A stretch of DNA of 60,256 nucleotides, taken from NCBI GenBank assembly GCA_045630945.1, contig JAZQTV010000046.1:1-60256 (forward strand). The letters are read 5' to 3'. The notes under the pieces are model-generated. The model saw only the letters and a program-made list of their open reading frames with translations, did not search any database and was not told the DNA's origin. A program made the translations under genes and the position numbers. This document shows, in pieces, positions 8,697 through 18,268 of the stretch (position 1 is the first letter of the stretch; the number at the start of each line of letters is the position of its first letter). Source of the DNA: Clostridia bacterium. Its GTDB lineage: Bacteria > Bacillota > Clostridia > Christensenellales > QALW01.

Positions 8697-9933
8697 ATGC
8701 ATTAGCAACTTCTTCTTTGTAAATAAGAGTAGGTTTAGCTTTCTTTAATACAGCGTCGGGGGTGATGATACACTTTTCAACGTTATCAAGTGACGGAATC
8801 TCGTACATAATATTCATCATTATGCCTTCGATTACCGACCTTAATCCACGTGCACCGGTTTTTAATTCAATAGCCTTTTGAGCAATTGCTCGCAGTGCAT
8901 CATCGGTAAACTCAAGTTCTACCCCATCCATCTTAACAAGTGCCGCATATTGCTTTGTAAGCGCATTCTTTGGCGTTTTAAGGATATCAATAAGCATATC
9001 TTCATTAAGATTCTGAAGTGTAACCGTCATTGCAAGTCTACCTATTAATTCGGGAATCAAGCCGAATTTTTGAAGATCCTGCGGTGTAACCGATTCGAAA
9101 ATCTTACCTACATCATCGGTTGTTGCAACGGGATTGAACTCAGCGCCAAATCCAACGGTTTTCTTACCTACACGGCGCTGAATTATCTTATCAAGACCAT
9201 CAAACGCACCGCCGCATATAAAAAGAATATTAGTGGTATCAATTTGTATAAAATCCTGATGCGGATGCTTTCTGCCACCGTTCGGAGGAACGTTGGACAT
9301 TGTACCTTCAAGGATTTTTAAAAGCGACTGCTGAACACCTTCACCTGAAACGTCACGCGTTATTGAAGGATTTTCACTTCTGCGGGCAATCTTATCGATT
9401 TCGTCGATATAAATTATTCCGCGTTCGGCCTTTGTTACGTCGTAATCTGCTGCTTGAATAAGTCTTAAAAGAATATTCTCAACGTCGTCACCAACGTAAC
9501 CTGCCTCAGTAATTGTTGTAGCATCAGCAATAGCAAAAGGAACGTCTAATATCTTTGCAAGTGTCTGCGCAAGATACGTTTTACCCGTGCCCGTAGGGCC
9601 TATAAGCAGGATGTTACTTTTTTGAATATCAACCTCAGGCTTCTCTCCTGACTTAAGCGTATTGATGCGCTTATAATGGTTATAAACGCCTACTGAAAGT
9701 GCAATCTTTGCATCATCCTGTCCTATTACGTACTGATCAAGGATGGCTTTAATTTCTTGGGGTTTTAAAAGCTCAAGCTTTTCCGATGAGAAAGAAGCGC
9801 GCTGTTCACCCTCAAGTGATTCCATACAATCTTGAACGCACTCTTCGCATATATATATTCCGGGCGGGCCCGAAACAAAGGAAAGACCGGACTGCGGGGT
9901 TCTGCCGCAGAACACACATTTTATTTCTTCCAT
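8695..9933 (-). CDS. clpX: ATP-dependent Clp protease ATP-binding subunit
   Basis: C4 zinc finger CVFC...[40 protein letters not shown]. Confidence 0.98.
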   Translation of the reverse strand: MEEIKCVFCGRTPQSGLSFVSGPPGIYICEECVQDCMESLEGEQRASFSSEKLELLKPQEIKAILDQYVIGQDDAKIALSVGVYNHYKRINTLKSGEKPEVDIQKSNILLIGPTGTGKTYLAQTLAKILDVPFAIADATTITEAGYVGDDVENILLRLIQAADYDVTKAERGIIYIDEIDKIARRSENPSITRDVSGEGVQQSLLKILEGTMSNVPPNGGRKHPHQDFIQIDTTNILFICGGAFDGLDKIIQRRVGKKTVGFGAEFNPVATTDDVGKIFESVTPQDLQKFGLIPELIGRLAMTVTLQNLNEDMLIDILKTPKNALTKQYAALVKMDGVELEFTDDALRAIAQKAIELKTGARGLRSVIEGIMMNIMYEIPSLDNVEKCIITPDAVLKKAKPTLIYKEEVANA

Positions 9934-9942
9934 AAATTCTCC

Positions 9943-10527
9943 TTATTGTCTCTTTGTATAGATAGCATCAATAACACCGTATTCAAGCGCTTCATTAGCA
10001 TCCATGTAATGATCACGCTCACAATCGGCTTCAACTTGCTCAAAGCTTTTGCCGGTGTTTTGTGCAAGGATTTTATTAAGTGTGTTTTTACACTTTAAGA
10101 GTTGTTCGGCATGAATTAAAACGTCTGTTGCCTGACCCTTTGCGCCACCTAACGCCTGATGTATCATTATCTCACTGTTAGGAAGTGCGATACGCTTGCC
10201 CTTTGCACCTGATGAAAGGAGAACTGCAGCCATAGATGCAGCCATACCGATACAAATTGTTGAAACTTGAGGCTTGATATAATTTATTGTATCGTAAATA
10301 GCCATTCCCGCCGTAACCGAACCACCGGGACTGTTAATATAAAGCATTATATCCTTTTCCATATCTTCAGCCTCTAAGAAAAGAAGCTGTGCAACAATAC
10401 AGTTGGCCATCTCATCATTGATCTCGCCACTTAAAAATATAATACGGTCTTTAAGAAGGCGCGAGTAGATATCGTATGATCTCTCGCCTCTTCCGTCCTG
10501 TTCGATAACGTAAGGTATTATAGGCAT
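9943..10527 (-). CDS. clpP: Clp protease proteolytic subunit
   Basis: [39 protein letters not shown]. Confidence 0.98.
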   Translation of the reverse strand: MPIIPYVIEQDGRGERSYDIYSRLLKDRIIFLSGEINDEMANCIVAQLLFLEAEDMEKDIMLYINSPGGSVTAGMAIYDTINYIKPQVSTICIGMAASMAAVLLSSGAKGKRIALPNSEIMIHQALGGAKGQATDVLIHAEQLLKCKNTLNKILAQNTGKSFEQVEADCERDHYMDANEALEYGVIDAIYTKRQ

Positions 10528-10546
10528 TGCATTTCCCCCAAATCAA

Positions 10547-11977
10547 TTATGCTTCTTCAGATTTTTTTGTTGTCTTTTTTGCTTCGCCATCTGCAGCTTT
10601 CTTGGTAGTTGTCTTCTTTGCAGCAGGCTTTTTTTCTCCTTCAACAGCTGCATCTTCAGCTGTATCAGCCTTTTTTGTTGATTTCTTTGTTGCCTTCTTT
10701 GCCGGGTTCTTTTCCTTTAACAAAGCAAGTGTTTTATTCATGATAGCAACTTCCTTGAAGTAATCCTTCTGGTCGTCAGTTACGTTCTTCATGAAATCTT
10801 CAAGGTTTGAACCGTAGCTTTCAGCATACTTTGCGATTTCAGCATTAATCTCTTCTTCGTTAGCATCAATGTTTTCAACCTTGATGATTTCAGCAAGAGT
10901 TAATCTGATCTTAACAGTCTTCTGTGCGCCTTCACGGTACATATCGCGCATCTGCTCGATAGTCATACCGGTGTACTTCATATAATCCTCAAGCTTAAGT
11001 CCCTGATAGCTCATACGCATTTCCATATCACGAATCTGTGAATCAATCTGCTGCTCTACCATACAATCAGGAATAATTATCTCGGCATTGTCTGCGATTG
11101 CTTCGATCATCTTGTTTTCCATCTCAGAATCAGCCTGATTCTTCTTGCGCTCGGTAAGCTTTGCCTTGATGTCAGCCTTGTATTCATCTAATGTATCAAA
11201 CTCAGAAACGTCCTTAGCAAACTCATCATCAAGTGCAGGAACCTGCTTTTCCTTTATTGAAAGAACTTTTACTTCAAATACAGCTTCCTTTCCCTTAAGG
11301 TCAGCAGCGTGATATTCATCAGGGAACTTAACGTTAAGTGCCTTTTCTTCGCCAATGTTCATACCAACCATCTGCTCTTCAAAGCCGGGGATAAAACTAC
11401 CTGAACCGATTTCAAGAGTCTGATTTTCAGCAGTGCCGCCATCAAACTTAACACCATCAATACTACCTGAATAGTTAAGGCCAACTGTATCGCCCATCTT
11501 AACAGCGCGATCTTCAACGTCAACAAAACGTGATGCGCGGTCAAGTGCGTGCTGAATTTCGTGGTCAACCTCTTCATCGGTAACATTATACTCAACTAAT
11601 TCAACTTTTATACCTTCATATTTTCCAAGCTTAACTTCGGGTCTTAATGTAACTGTTGCCTTAACCTTTACTAAACCTTCGTCAGTAATGTCCTCAAGCT
11701 CGATTTCGGGACGGTCAACAGGCTCAAGATTATGCTCTTTTACAGCAGCTTCATAGAATGAAGGGAAAACGTCGTTAAAAGCATCTTCAAAGAAAACGCC
11801 TGCGCCGTAATACTGCTCAACCATTTTTCTGGGAGCCTTACCCTTACGGAAGCCGGGGATAGCATACTTGCCTTTGTTACGCTGGAAAACAGCACTTGTT
11901 GCTGCGTCCATTGCTTCTTTGCTGATTTCAAAATTGATAACAGCCTGATTTTTTTCATTTTTTGTCATGGTGCTCAT
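10547..11977 (-). CDS. tig: Trigger factor with a Lys/Ala-rich C-terminal tail
   Basis: IPGFRKGKAP ribosome-binding motif; FKBP domain GSGSFIPGFEEQ; tig-clpP-clpX synteny. Confidence 0.97.
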   Translation of the reverse strand: MSTMTKNEKNQAVINFEISKEAMDAATSAVFQRNKGKYAIPGFRKGKAPRKMVEQYYGAGVFFEDAFNDVFPSFYEAAVKEHNLEPVDRPEIELEDITDEGLVKVKATVTLRPEVKLGKYEGIKVELVEYNVTDEEVDHEIQHALDRASRFVDVEDRAVKMGDTVGLNYSGSIDGVKFDGGTAENQTLEIGSGSFIPGFEEQMVGMNIGEEKALNVKFPDEYHAADLKGKEAVFEVKVLSIKEKQVPALDDEFAKDVSEFDTLDEYKADIKAKLTERKKNQADSEMENKMIEAIADNAEIIIPDCMVEQQIDSQIRDMEMRMSYQGLKLEDYMKYTGMTIEQMRDMYREGAQKTVKIRLTLAEIIKVENIDANEEEINAEIAKYAESYGSNLEDFMKNVTDDQKDYFKEVAIMNKTLALLKEKNPAKKATKKSTKKADTAEDAAVEGEKKPAAKKTTTKKAADGEAKKTTKKSEEA

Positions 11978-12019
11978 AAATATTTACCTCCAAGTAAATT
12001 ATCAATACATACGCAAATA

Positions 12020-12048
12020 ATTATACCACATCAAAATTTTTTAGGCAA
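12020..12048 (-). promoter_or_regulatory. Sigma-A promoter of tig-clpP-clpX
   Basis: Minus strand TTGCCT-17 nt-TATAAT with extended TG. Confidence 0.65.
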
Positions 12049-12176
12049 CTAATAAAGACATTTTTTTGTCAATCTTTTCAAAAAAATACGTCTTTTTTGG
12101 AAAAGAAATAAAATATTGTTTTAAATATTGCGTTTTGATGTTATAATATAAAAAAATTTCACGAGGTGTTACTGTT

Positions 12177-13841
12177 ATGCCGATGGACGGATTAACCATA
12201 GGTGCTGTTATATATGAATTAAACGAATTGCTTATCGGTGCAAAGGTTGATAAAATTAATCAGCCTGAAATTGACGAGGTCGTTATAAATTTAAGAAACA
12301 ACGGAAAATCGTTTAAACTTTTACTTTGCACAAACGCATCCTTTGCTAGAATAAATATAAGTAATATCTCAAAACAAAATCCCCCTGTTCCCTCTTCCTT
12401 CTGTATGCTTTTAAGAAAACATCTTACAGGTGCAAAAATACGTTTATTTGAACAGGTGTTAAATGAGAGAATAGTTTACATTCATTTTGAATGCTATAAT
12501 GATTTTAACGAGATCGTTGAGAAAAAGCTGATTATTGAAATAATGGGCAAACACAGCAATCTTATTCTTACGGACGAAAACAACAGGATTTACGATAGTA
12601 TTAGACGCGTTAATTCGTTAATGAGCCGTGTGCGTCTTGTTCAACCGGGTCTTACTTACGTATATCCGCCGTCGCAAGATAAAATTAATCCCTTTGATGA
12701 AAATAATTTTGAAGCACTTTCTTCTCGTTGTATAAACGAAAAATATATGGGAATTTCGCGCCAAGCGGCAGAAGAAATTTTATATAGACACAATAATTGT
12801 ACAAATGGATTTAAAAGCTATATTGATCTATATAGAAAAAAAGAATATTTCCCCGTTCTTTTAGTTGACGAAAACAAAAATGCTGTCGATTTTTATGCAG
12901 TAATGCAGGAACGTTTCGATACAGACTATCAGCAACAATGCGAGAGCATATCGGATGCCATTGACAGATACTTTGAATCAAAGGACCGTCAGCAACGCAT
13001 AAAAGAAAAATCACACGCAATAAAGACAAAGCTTACCTCGTTACTTGAAAAATTGCAAAAAAAGCGTGCAGAACAGGATGAAAAGCTTACTCAATGCAAT
13101 GATGCAGAAAAATACAGAGTTTTCGGTGAGCTTATAACGGCAAATATTTATCTTATAAAAAAAGGTGCAGTTTCGGTTATTGTGAAGAATTTCTATGACG
13201 ACATGAACGAGATTGAAATTCCGCTTAACAACACGATAAGCCCAAGTGCAAATGCTCAAAAATATTTTAAGCATTACAATAAGCTTAAAACGGCATCAAA
13301 GCTTATAAACGATCAAATAACTGAAACGGACAAAGAAATAGAGTTTATATCAGCACAACTCGATGACCTTGAAAAATGTGAAGCTGAAGCAGATATAGCT
13401 GAAATAAGAAAAATACTTGTTGACTCCGGTTATATAAAGCAGCAAAAAACTAAAGAAAATAACGTTTCCGGCAAGCCGATGCATTATATTTCATCAACAG
13501 GAATTGATATATACGTCGGAAAAAACAATGCACAAAATGATTTTCTCACAATGCGTTTTGCACAGTCGGATGATTTGTGGTTACACACTAAAAATATTCA
13601 CGGATCACACGTCATTGTTAGCTCAGCATCTCCTGATGAAAAAACCGTTGAAGAAGCTGCTATGCTTGCCGCGTTCTACTCAAAAGCACGTATGTCGTCT
13701 TTAGTTCCCGTTGATGCAACAAAACGCAGATTTATAAAAAAGCCTGCAGGTGCACCTCTTGGTAAGGTAACGTATACAAATCAAAAAACATACTTTGTTA
13801 CTCCAACAAACGAGGAAATATTTAAAATCAAAAAAATATAA
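12177..13841 (+). CDS. rqcH: Ribosome quality-control protein RqcH / Rqc2 (FbpA, NFACT family)
   Basis: MPMDGL start, FCMLLRKHL, ERIV, EIMGKHSNLIL, VGKNNAQND, LWLHTKNIHGSHV. Confidence 0.92.
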   Translation: MPMDGLTIGAVIYELNELLIGAKVDKINQPEIDEVVINLRNNGKSFKLLLCTNASFARINISNISKQNPPVPSSFCMLLRKHLTGAKIRLFEQVLNERIVYIHFECYNDFNEIVEKKLIIEIMGKHSNLILTDENNRIYDSIRRVNSLMSRVRLVQPGLTYVYPPSQDKINPFDENNFEALSSRCINEKYMGISRQAAEEILYRHNNCTNGFKSYIDLYRKKEYFPVLLVDENKNAVDFYAVMQERFDTDYQQQCESISDAIDRYFESKDRQQRIKEKSHAIKTKLTSLLEKLQKKRAEQDEKLTQCNDAEKYRVFGELITANIYLIKKGAVSVIVKNFYDDMNEIEIPLNNTISPSANAQKYFKHYNKLKTASKLINDQITETDKEIEFISAQLDDLEKCEAEADIAEIRKILVDSGYIKQQKTKENNVSGKPMHYISSTGIDIYVGKNNAQNDFLTMRFAQSDDLWLHTKNIHGSHVIVSSASPDEKTVEEAAMLAAFYSKARMSSLVPVDATKRRFIKKPAGAPLGKVTYTNQKTYFVTPTNEEIFKIKKI

Positions 13842-13870
13842 AAGGTAGCAAAAATGCTACCTTTATTTTT
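13839..13870. terminator. Bidirectional terminator
   Basis: AAAGGTAGCA-AAAA-TGCTACCTTT between convergent genes. Confidence 0.75.
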
Positions 13871-14510
13871 ATACACTCTCTTCCTCATTTTCCTCAACTT
13901 CATCAAAAATGGAAAGCTTTGATATAGATACCTCGTATGCCGTCTTATTTATAACGGTATCTTCGTCAATTTTCTTTTGATATTCGCGGGATTGAAGTCT
14001 GCCCTCAATATGTAAATGTGTGCCTACCTCAAGCTGCTGACAGTAACGTGCGTTACGCCCCCAGCAAATTGCAGGAATATAATCACTTTTTCCGTACGCT
14101 CTGTTAACAGCAATAAGTATATCCGAAATCTCCCTTGAAAAAGGTGTTACACGATATATGGGCGGTTTGCATATAAAGCCTTCAAGGTTTATTTGATTTA
14201 TATCGTTTCCTTCCTCATCAAAGGAAATATCACGAACAAACGTTTGAAGTTGCAATCTGCTTTTATTGTCCGAAATAATATTGTATGACCTTAACTGCCC
14301 TTCGACGTAGAAGCGTTTTCCTTTTTCAATTTTAACGTCGGTCAGTAATCTGTCCGAAATAATAAGCGGAAGCACGTCACTATGACCTGAAAGACGGTTT
14401 ATTTCGAGTTTAAACGTATAGAATTTTTCACCAAACACCTCATGACTGAAGCTGGGTTCCTCTTTTGCAGTGCCGCATAATAATATTACGTTATTTGATG
14501 GCTGAATCAT
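13869..14510 (-). CDS. ssb: Single-stranded DNA-binding protein, tandem-OB clostridial type
   Basis: FSHEVFGEKFY, RLSGHSDVLP, GQLRSYN; second OB fold YRVTPFSREISD, SDYIPAICWGRNA, GRLQSREY; acidic tail. Confidence 0.88.
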   Translation of the reverse strand: MIQPSNNVILLCGTAKEEPSFSHEVFGEKFYTFKLEINRLSGHSDVLPLIISDRLLTDVKIEKGKRFYVEGQLRSYNIISDNKSRLQLQTFVRDISFDEEGNDINQINLEGFICKPPIYRVTPFSREISDILIAVNRAYGKSDYIPAICWGRNARYCQQLEVGTHLHIEGRLQSREYQKKIDEDTVINKTAYEVSISKLSIFDEVEENEEESV

Positions 14511-14638
14511 ATAAATGCCCCTCTCTGACTTTTGTTTTTTATAAATATATGTTCATTAAATCAAAATATTACTGTTTTATTACATTTTAAATAATAATTG
14601 TGTTATTAGTTTGCGTTCTTTGTGAAATTTTAATAATA

Positions 14639-15388
14639 TTACCTGCTATTTTTGTACTGTATTCCTCTTAAGTCGACATAGTAGTCGTTTTTATATATTA
14701 ATTCGCCGATTGAACACACTTTGAATCCCCTATTTTGCAGTTCATAAATGATTTCGGGCAATGCATCTGCCGTATATTTTGCGTTATTGTGAAATAAAAT
14801 AATGTCGCCGTTTTTTACGTTCTTTAAAACTCTGTTTATAAGCTGTTGCCGTCCGTATTCTTTCCAATCCAATGAATCAATTGACCATTGTATCGTGTGC
14901 ATTCCAAGGCTTCTGACGGTGTTTATAAGCTCATCGTTATAATCACCATACGGCGGACGGAATAAAATTGTGTTTTTGTTTGTTAGTTCGTATATTTTCT
15001 TATTAACCGATTCAAGCTCCGTCTTCATTTGGCTTGACGTAAGCTTACTCATTTGGGGATGATTTTCTGAGTGATTACCAATTTCGTAACCGCGCACATC
15101 AATTTCTTTAACCATTTTGGGATACTTATCAACCCAAAAACCTACAAGAAAAAACGTTGCGCTTACGTTATGCGAATCAAGAATATCGAGGATTTTTAAT
15201 GTGTGATCTGCGCCCCACGCCGCATCAAAACTGATGGCAACCTTTTTTTCAGTTGTGTCAACACAATATATTGGTTTTTCTTTACTTTGAGATATGAACA
15301 CAGGAACATAACTATTCATATACAACGCTTCTGAGACTATAATGAGGATAAGTACAATTATTGATGCTATATATGCAGTTTTCTTCAT
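14639..15388 (-). CDS. Polysaccharide deacetylase, sporulation PdaB-like
   Basis: NodB motifs SFDAAWG, ATFFLVGFW, EIGNHSENHP, FRPPYG, DSLDW, ILFHN; N-terminal TM. Confidence 0.88.
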   Translation of the reverse strand: MKKTAYIASIIVLILIIVSEALYMNSYVPVFISQSKEKPIYCVDTTEKKVAISFDAAWGADHTLKILDILDSHNVSATFFLVGFWVDKYPKMVKEIDVRGYEIGNHSENHPQMSKLTSSQMKTELESVNKKIYELTNKNTILFRPPYGDYNDELINTVRSLGMHTIQWSIDSLDWKEYGRQQLINRVLKNVKNGDIILFHNNAKYTADALPEIIYELQNRGFKVCSIGELIYKNDYYVDLRGIQYKNSR

Positions 15389-15425
15389 AAAAGCACTCCT
15401 TTATGAATTTTTTTAATATTTTTTA

Positions 15426-15455
15426 TTGACAAAACGCACACTTTGGGGATATACT
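15426..15455 (+). promoter_or_regulatory. Sigma-A promoter of arsR-uvrC
   Basis: TTGACA-18 nt-TATACT. Confidence 0.6.
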
Positions 15456-15487
15456 ATATTAAAGTTTATAGTATTGGAGAAAGAATT

Positions 15488-15844
15488 ATGAGTGAAATTT
15501 CTGAAAACAGATCAATTGTTAATAGCGAATTAGTTGAAACTATGTCGCAAAGAATACTTGATGAAAGAAGCCTTTTAGGTCTTGCTGATTTTTTTAAGCT
15601 GTTTTCTGATGAATCACGTCTTAAGATATTGTATCTGCTTACAATGAATGAAATGTGTGTTTCTGATATCGCAGCAACACTTAATATGAATCAATCAACG
15701 GTTTCACATCAATTAAAAACCTTGCGCAATAGCCGCATTGTTAAATATAGAAGAGATGCAAAAATTGTCTACTACTCTCTTGATGATGATCACGTTGGTC
15801 AGATTCTTCTTCAAGGTATGCTTCACGTAAGTGATTTTGAATAA
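15488..15844 (+). CDS. ArsR/SmtB-family metalloregulator
   Basis: LADFFKLFSDESRLKIL, EMCVSDIA, QSTVSHQLKTLR, YYSLDDDHV; ATG at 15488 after GGAG. Confidence 0.9.
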   Translation: MSEISENRSIVNSELVETMSQRILDERSLLGLADFFKLFSDESRLKILYLLTMNEMCVSDIAATLNMNQSTVSHQLKTLRNSRIVKYRRDAKIVYYSLDDDHVGQILLQGMLHVSDFE

Positions 15845-15845
15845 A

Positions 15846-17666
15846 ATGGATAACGTTAATGATATTTTAAAAAAACTCCCGAGTGAATCGGGAGTATATA
15901 TTTATAAAGATGCGAACGATACGGTTATATACGTAGGTAAAGCCAAGAGCCTAAAGAACCGTGTGCGTTCGTATTTTCATTCAAACGACTTAAATTATAA
16001 AACAAGAAAGCTTGTATCAAGCATACATGACATCAATTATATAGTCACCGAAAATGAGCTTGAAGCCCTTCTTCTTGAAAATAATTTAATAAAAAAACAT
16101 AAACCTAAGTATAATATTTTGCTTAAGGATGATAAAGGATATCCGTATTTAAGAATTGATCCAAGAGAAAGCTACCCTATGCTCGAACTTGCGCGAAAAA
16201 TGAAATTTGACGGTGCATTATACTTTGGTCCGTATCACGGTGCAGGCAGTGCAAAAGCAATATCTGATATTGTTACCGAGATTTTTCCACTTAAAACCTG
16301 CAATTATGATATCACAAAACAAAACGTACGGCCTTGCCTTAAGTTTCATATAGGTCGATGCCCTGCGCCATGCGTAAATCACGATAGAAAGCTTTATAAA
16401 AAGAACGTTGATGAAGTAATATCGTTTTTAAAGGGCAATCAAGGAAACGTTATTGAAGCAATACGTACTAAAATGGAAGCTGCCGCAGAAAAGCTTGAAT
16501 TTGAGCACGCTGCCGAGCTTCGTGATAAGCTTATAAAAACCGAAGAGATTCTTAATAAACAAAAAATTGTTCTTGATAAGAATCAGAATATTGACGTTAT
16601 TTCAGTTCTTTTACGCGATACGTTTGCAGTAATATGCTCTCTCTATGTTCGTGCAGGAAGGCTTATCGGTATAAATAACGTTGAATTAAGCGATTTGACG
16701 AATATTGATAACGAAGCATCACTTCTTGCTGAGTTTCTTATTCGTTATTATACGGACGGTGCATACGTTCCGCGTGAAATTACGTGTGACGTTACACCTG
16801 ACGATAAGGATATTATTGAACAGCTAATTTTTGAGCATTCCGGTATAAAAACCAATATTCACCTTGCGCAACGCGGTAAAAAGCACGAGCTATGTCTTAT
16901 GGCAAAACGTAATGCACGAGAAAAAATGGAGAAATCCCGTACAAGCCTTATCTATAAGGAAGAACGTATTATTAAAGGCCTTGAAGGCTTAAGAGATCAG
17001 TTAAATATTGGTGTTTTGCCCCACCGTATTGAATGCTTTGATATTTCACATATTCAAGGAACTGATGCGGTTGCTTCGATGGTTGTATTTACAAACGGAA
17101 GAGCGGATAAAAAAGAATACCGATATTTTAAGGTTCATCAGGGAAACAATGATTATATGTCGATGCAAGAGGTTGTATCACGGCGTTTTAACGATCTCTT
17201 AAATCAGAAACGCGGCTTTGATAAAGCTCCGGATCTTATTGTTATCGACGGTGGAAAAGGTCAATTAAGTTCTGCGTTAAGCATAATTAGGGATGAACTT
17301 TCAATAAAAACAACGTGCATTGGATTAGCTGAAAAGCTTGAAGAAATCTATCTTGCCGGTTCGCCTGTACCACTTATACTTGAGCGTTCTCACCCATCAC
17401 TTCAGATTTTACAAGCAATAAGAGATGAAGCGCACCGCTTTGCAATCACATTCCACCGTTCACTTCGTAAAAAGGGATCATTATTGTCCGTGCTTGATGA
17501 AATAAGCGGAATTGGTCCGAAAAGAAAGAAAGCGCTTTTAAAGGTATTTTCGTCCGTTAATAAAATTAAGGAAGCTTCTTTAGAGGAACTTGAAAGTGTT
17601 AGCGGAATGACCAAAACAAGTGCACAGGAAGTTTATAACCATTTTAATAAAGAACAACAGCGTTAG
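15846..17666 (+). CDS. uvrC: Excinuclease ABC subunit C
   Basis: GIY-YIG GVYIY...IYVGKAKSLKNRVRSYF, UVR domain, ECFDISH, IDGGKGQL, RDEAHRFA, HhH GIGPKR. Confidence 0.97.
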   Translation: MDNVNDILKKLPSESGVYIYKDANDTVIYVGKAKSLKNRVRSYFHSNDLNYKTRKLVSSIHDINYIVTENELEALLLENNLIKKHKPKYNILLKDDKGYPYLRIDPRESYPMLELARKMKFDGALYFGPYHGAGSAKAISDIVTEIFPLKTCNYDITKQNVRPCLKFHIGRCPAPCVNHDRKLYKKNVDEVISFLKGNQGNVIEAIRTKMEAAAEKLEFEHAAELRDKLIKTEEILNKQKIVLDKNQNIDVISVLLRDTFAVICSLYVRAGRLIGINNVELSDLTNIDNEASLLAEFLIRYYTDGAYVPREITCDVTPDDKDIIEQLIFEHSGIKTNIHLAQRGKKHELCLMAKRNAREKMEKSRTSLIYKEERIIKGLEGLRDQLNIGVLPHRIECFDISHIQGTDAVASMVVFTNGRADKKEYRYFKVHQGNNDYMSMQEVVSRRFNDLLNQKRGFDKAPDLIVIDGGKGQLSSALSIIRDELSIKTTCIGLAEKLEEIYLAGSPVPLILERSHPSLQILQAIRDEAHRFAITFHRSLRKKGSLLSVLDEISGIGPKRKKALLKVFSSVNKIKEASLEELESVSGMTKTSAQEVYNHFNKEQQR

Positions 17667-17692
17667 TTTTAATAACTAACGCTGTTGTTTTA
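17653..17692. terminator. Bidirectional terminator
   Basis: 16-bp perfect stem AACAACAGCGTTAGTT / AACTAACGCTGTTGTT. Confidence 0.8.
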
Positions 17693-18256
17693 TATCTTCA
17701 TTTTTGAAAGATCCATTTTTTCATATCCTTCAATATAATCAAGAATTTTGTCGGCATTATCAAACGCAGGATACATATCCTTACATTCAATATTGATAAA
17801 TTCACCCTTTATCGCATCATCAAGCATTTTAATCATACCGTCAAAAAAGCCGTTAATATTAAATAATGCGATAGGCTTATTATGCCTGTTTAGCTGCTTT
17901 AACGTAAGAATTTCAAAAAACTCTTCAAAGGTACCGATGCCACCCGGCAAAACAATAAATGCATCTGCATTGTCTTCCATTATCTGCTTTCTTTCGCGCA
18001 TCGTATTAGTGCGAATAAGCTTGGTGCAATTCATATTAAGTATTTCTTCGTTAGTGAAAAAATCAGGAACAACACCTAAAACAAAACCGTTTTTACTGTG
18101 TACACCGCGCGAAACCGCACCCATCATACCAAGTGCACCTGCACCGTAAACAAGCGTATGTCCGCGTTCAACCATTTTTTGACCAAGTATTTCGCCGTTT
18201 GTTATATATACCTTGTCAATTTTTTCACTTGCTGCGCCGTAAACGCAAATTTTCAT
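17690..18256 (-). CDS. LOG-family nucleotide phosphoribohydrolase (TIGR00730-like)
   Basis: LVYGAG, MRERKQIM, PGGIGTFEE. Confidence 0.9.
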   Translation of the reverse strand: MKICVYGAASEKIDKVYITNGEILGQKMVERGHTLVYGAGALGMMGAVSRGVHSKNGFVLGVVPDFFTNEEILNMNCTKLIRTNTMRERKQIMEDNADAFIVLPGGIGTFEEFFEILTLKQLNRHNKPIALFNINGFFDGMIKMLDDAIKGEFINIECKDMYPAFDNADKILDYIEGYEKMDLSKMKI

Positions 18257-18268
18257 AGGATTCCCCCG

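Noticed and set aside
15438-15448. 11-mer CCCCAAAGTGT (minus strand) shared with the mini-element at 4888
   Set aside because: Too short, with no TG...CA ends or target duplication; it lies in a promoter spacer and is probably chance
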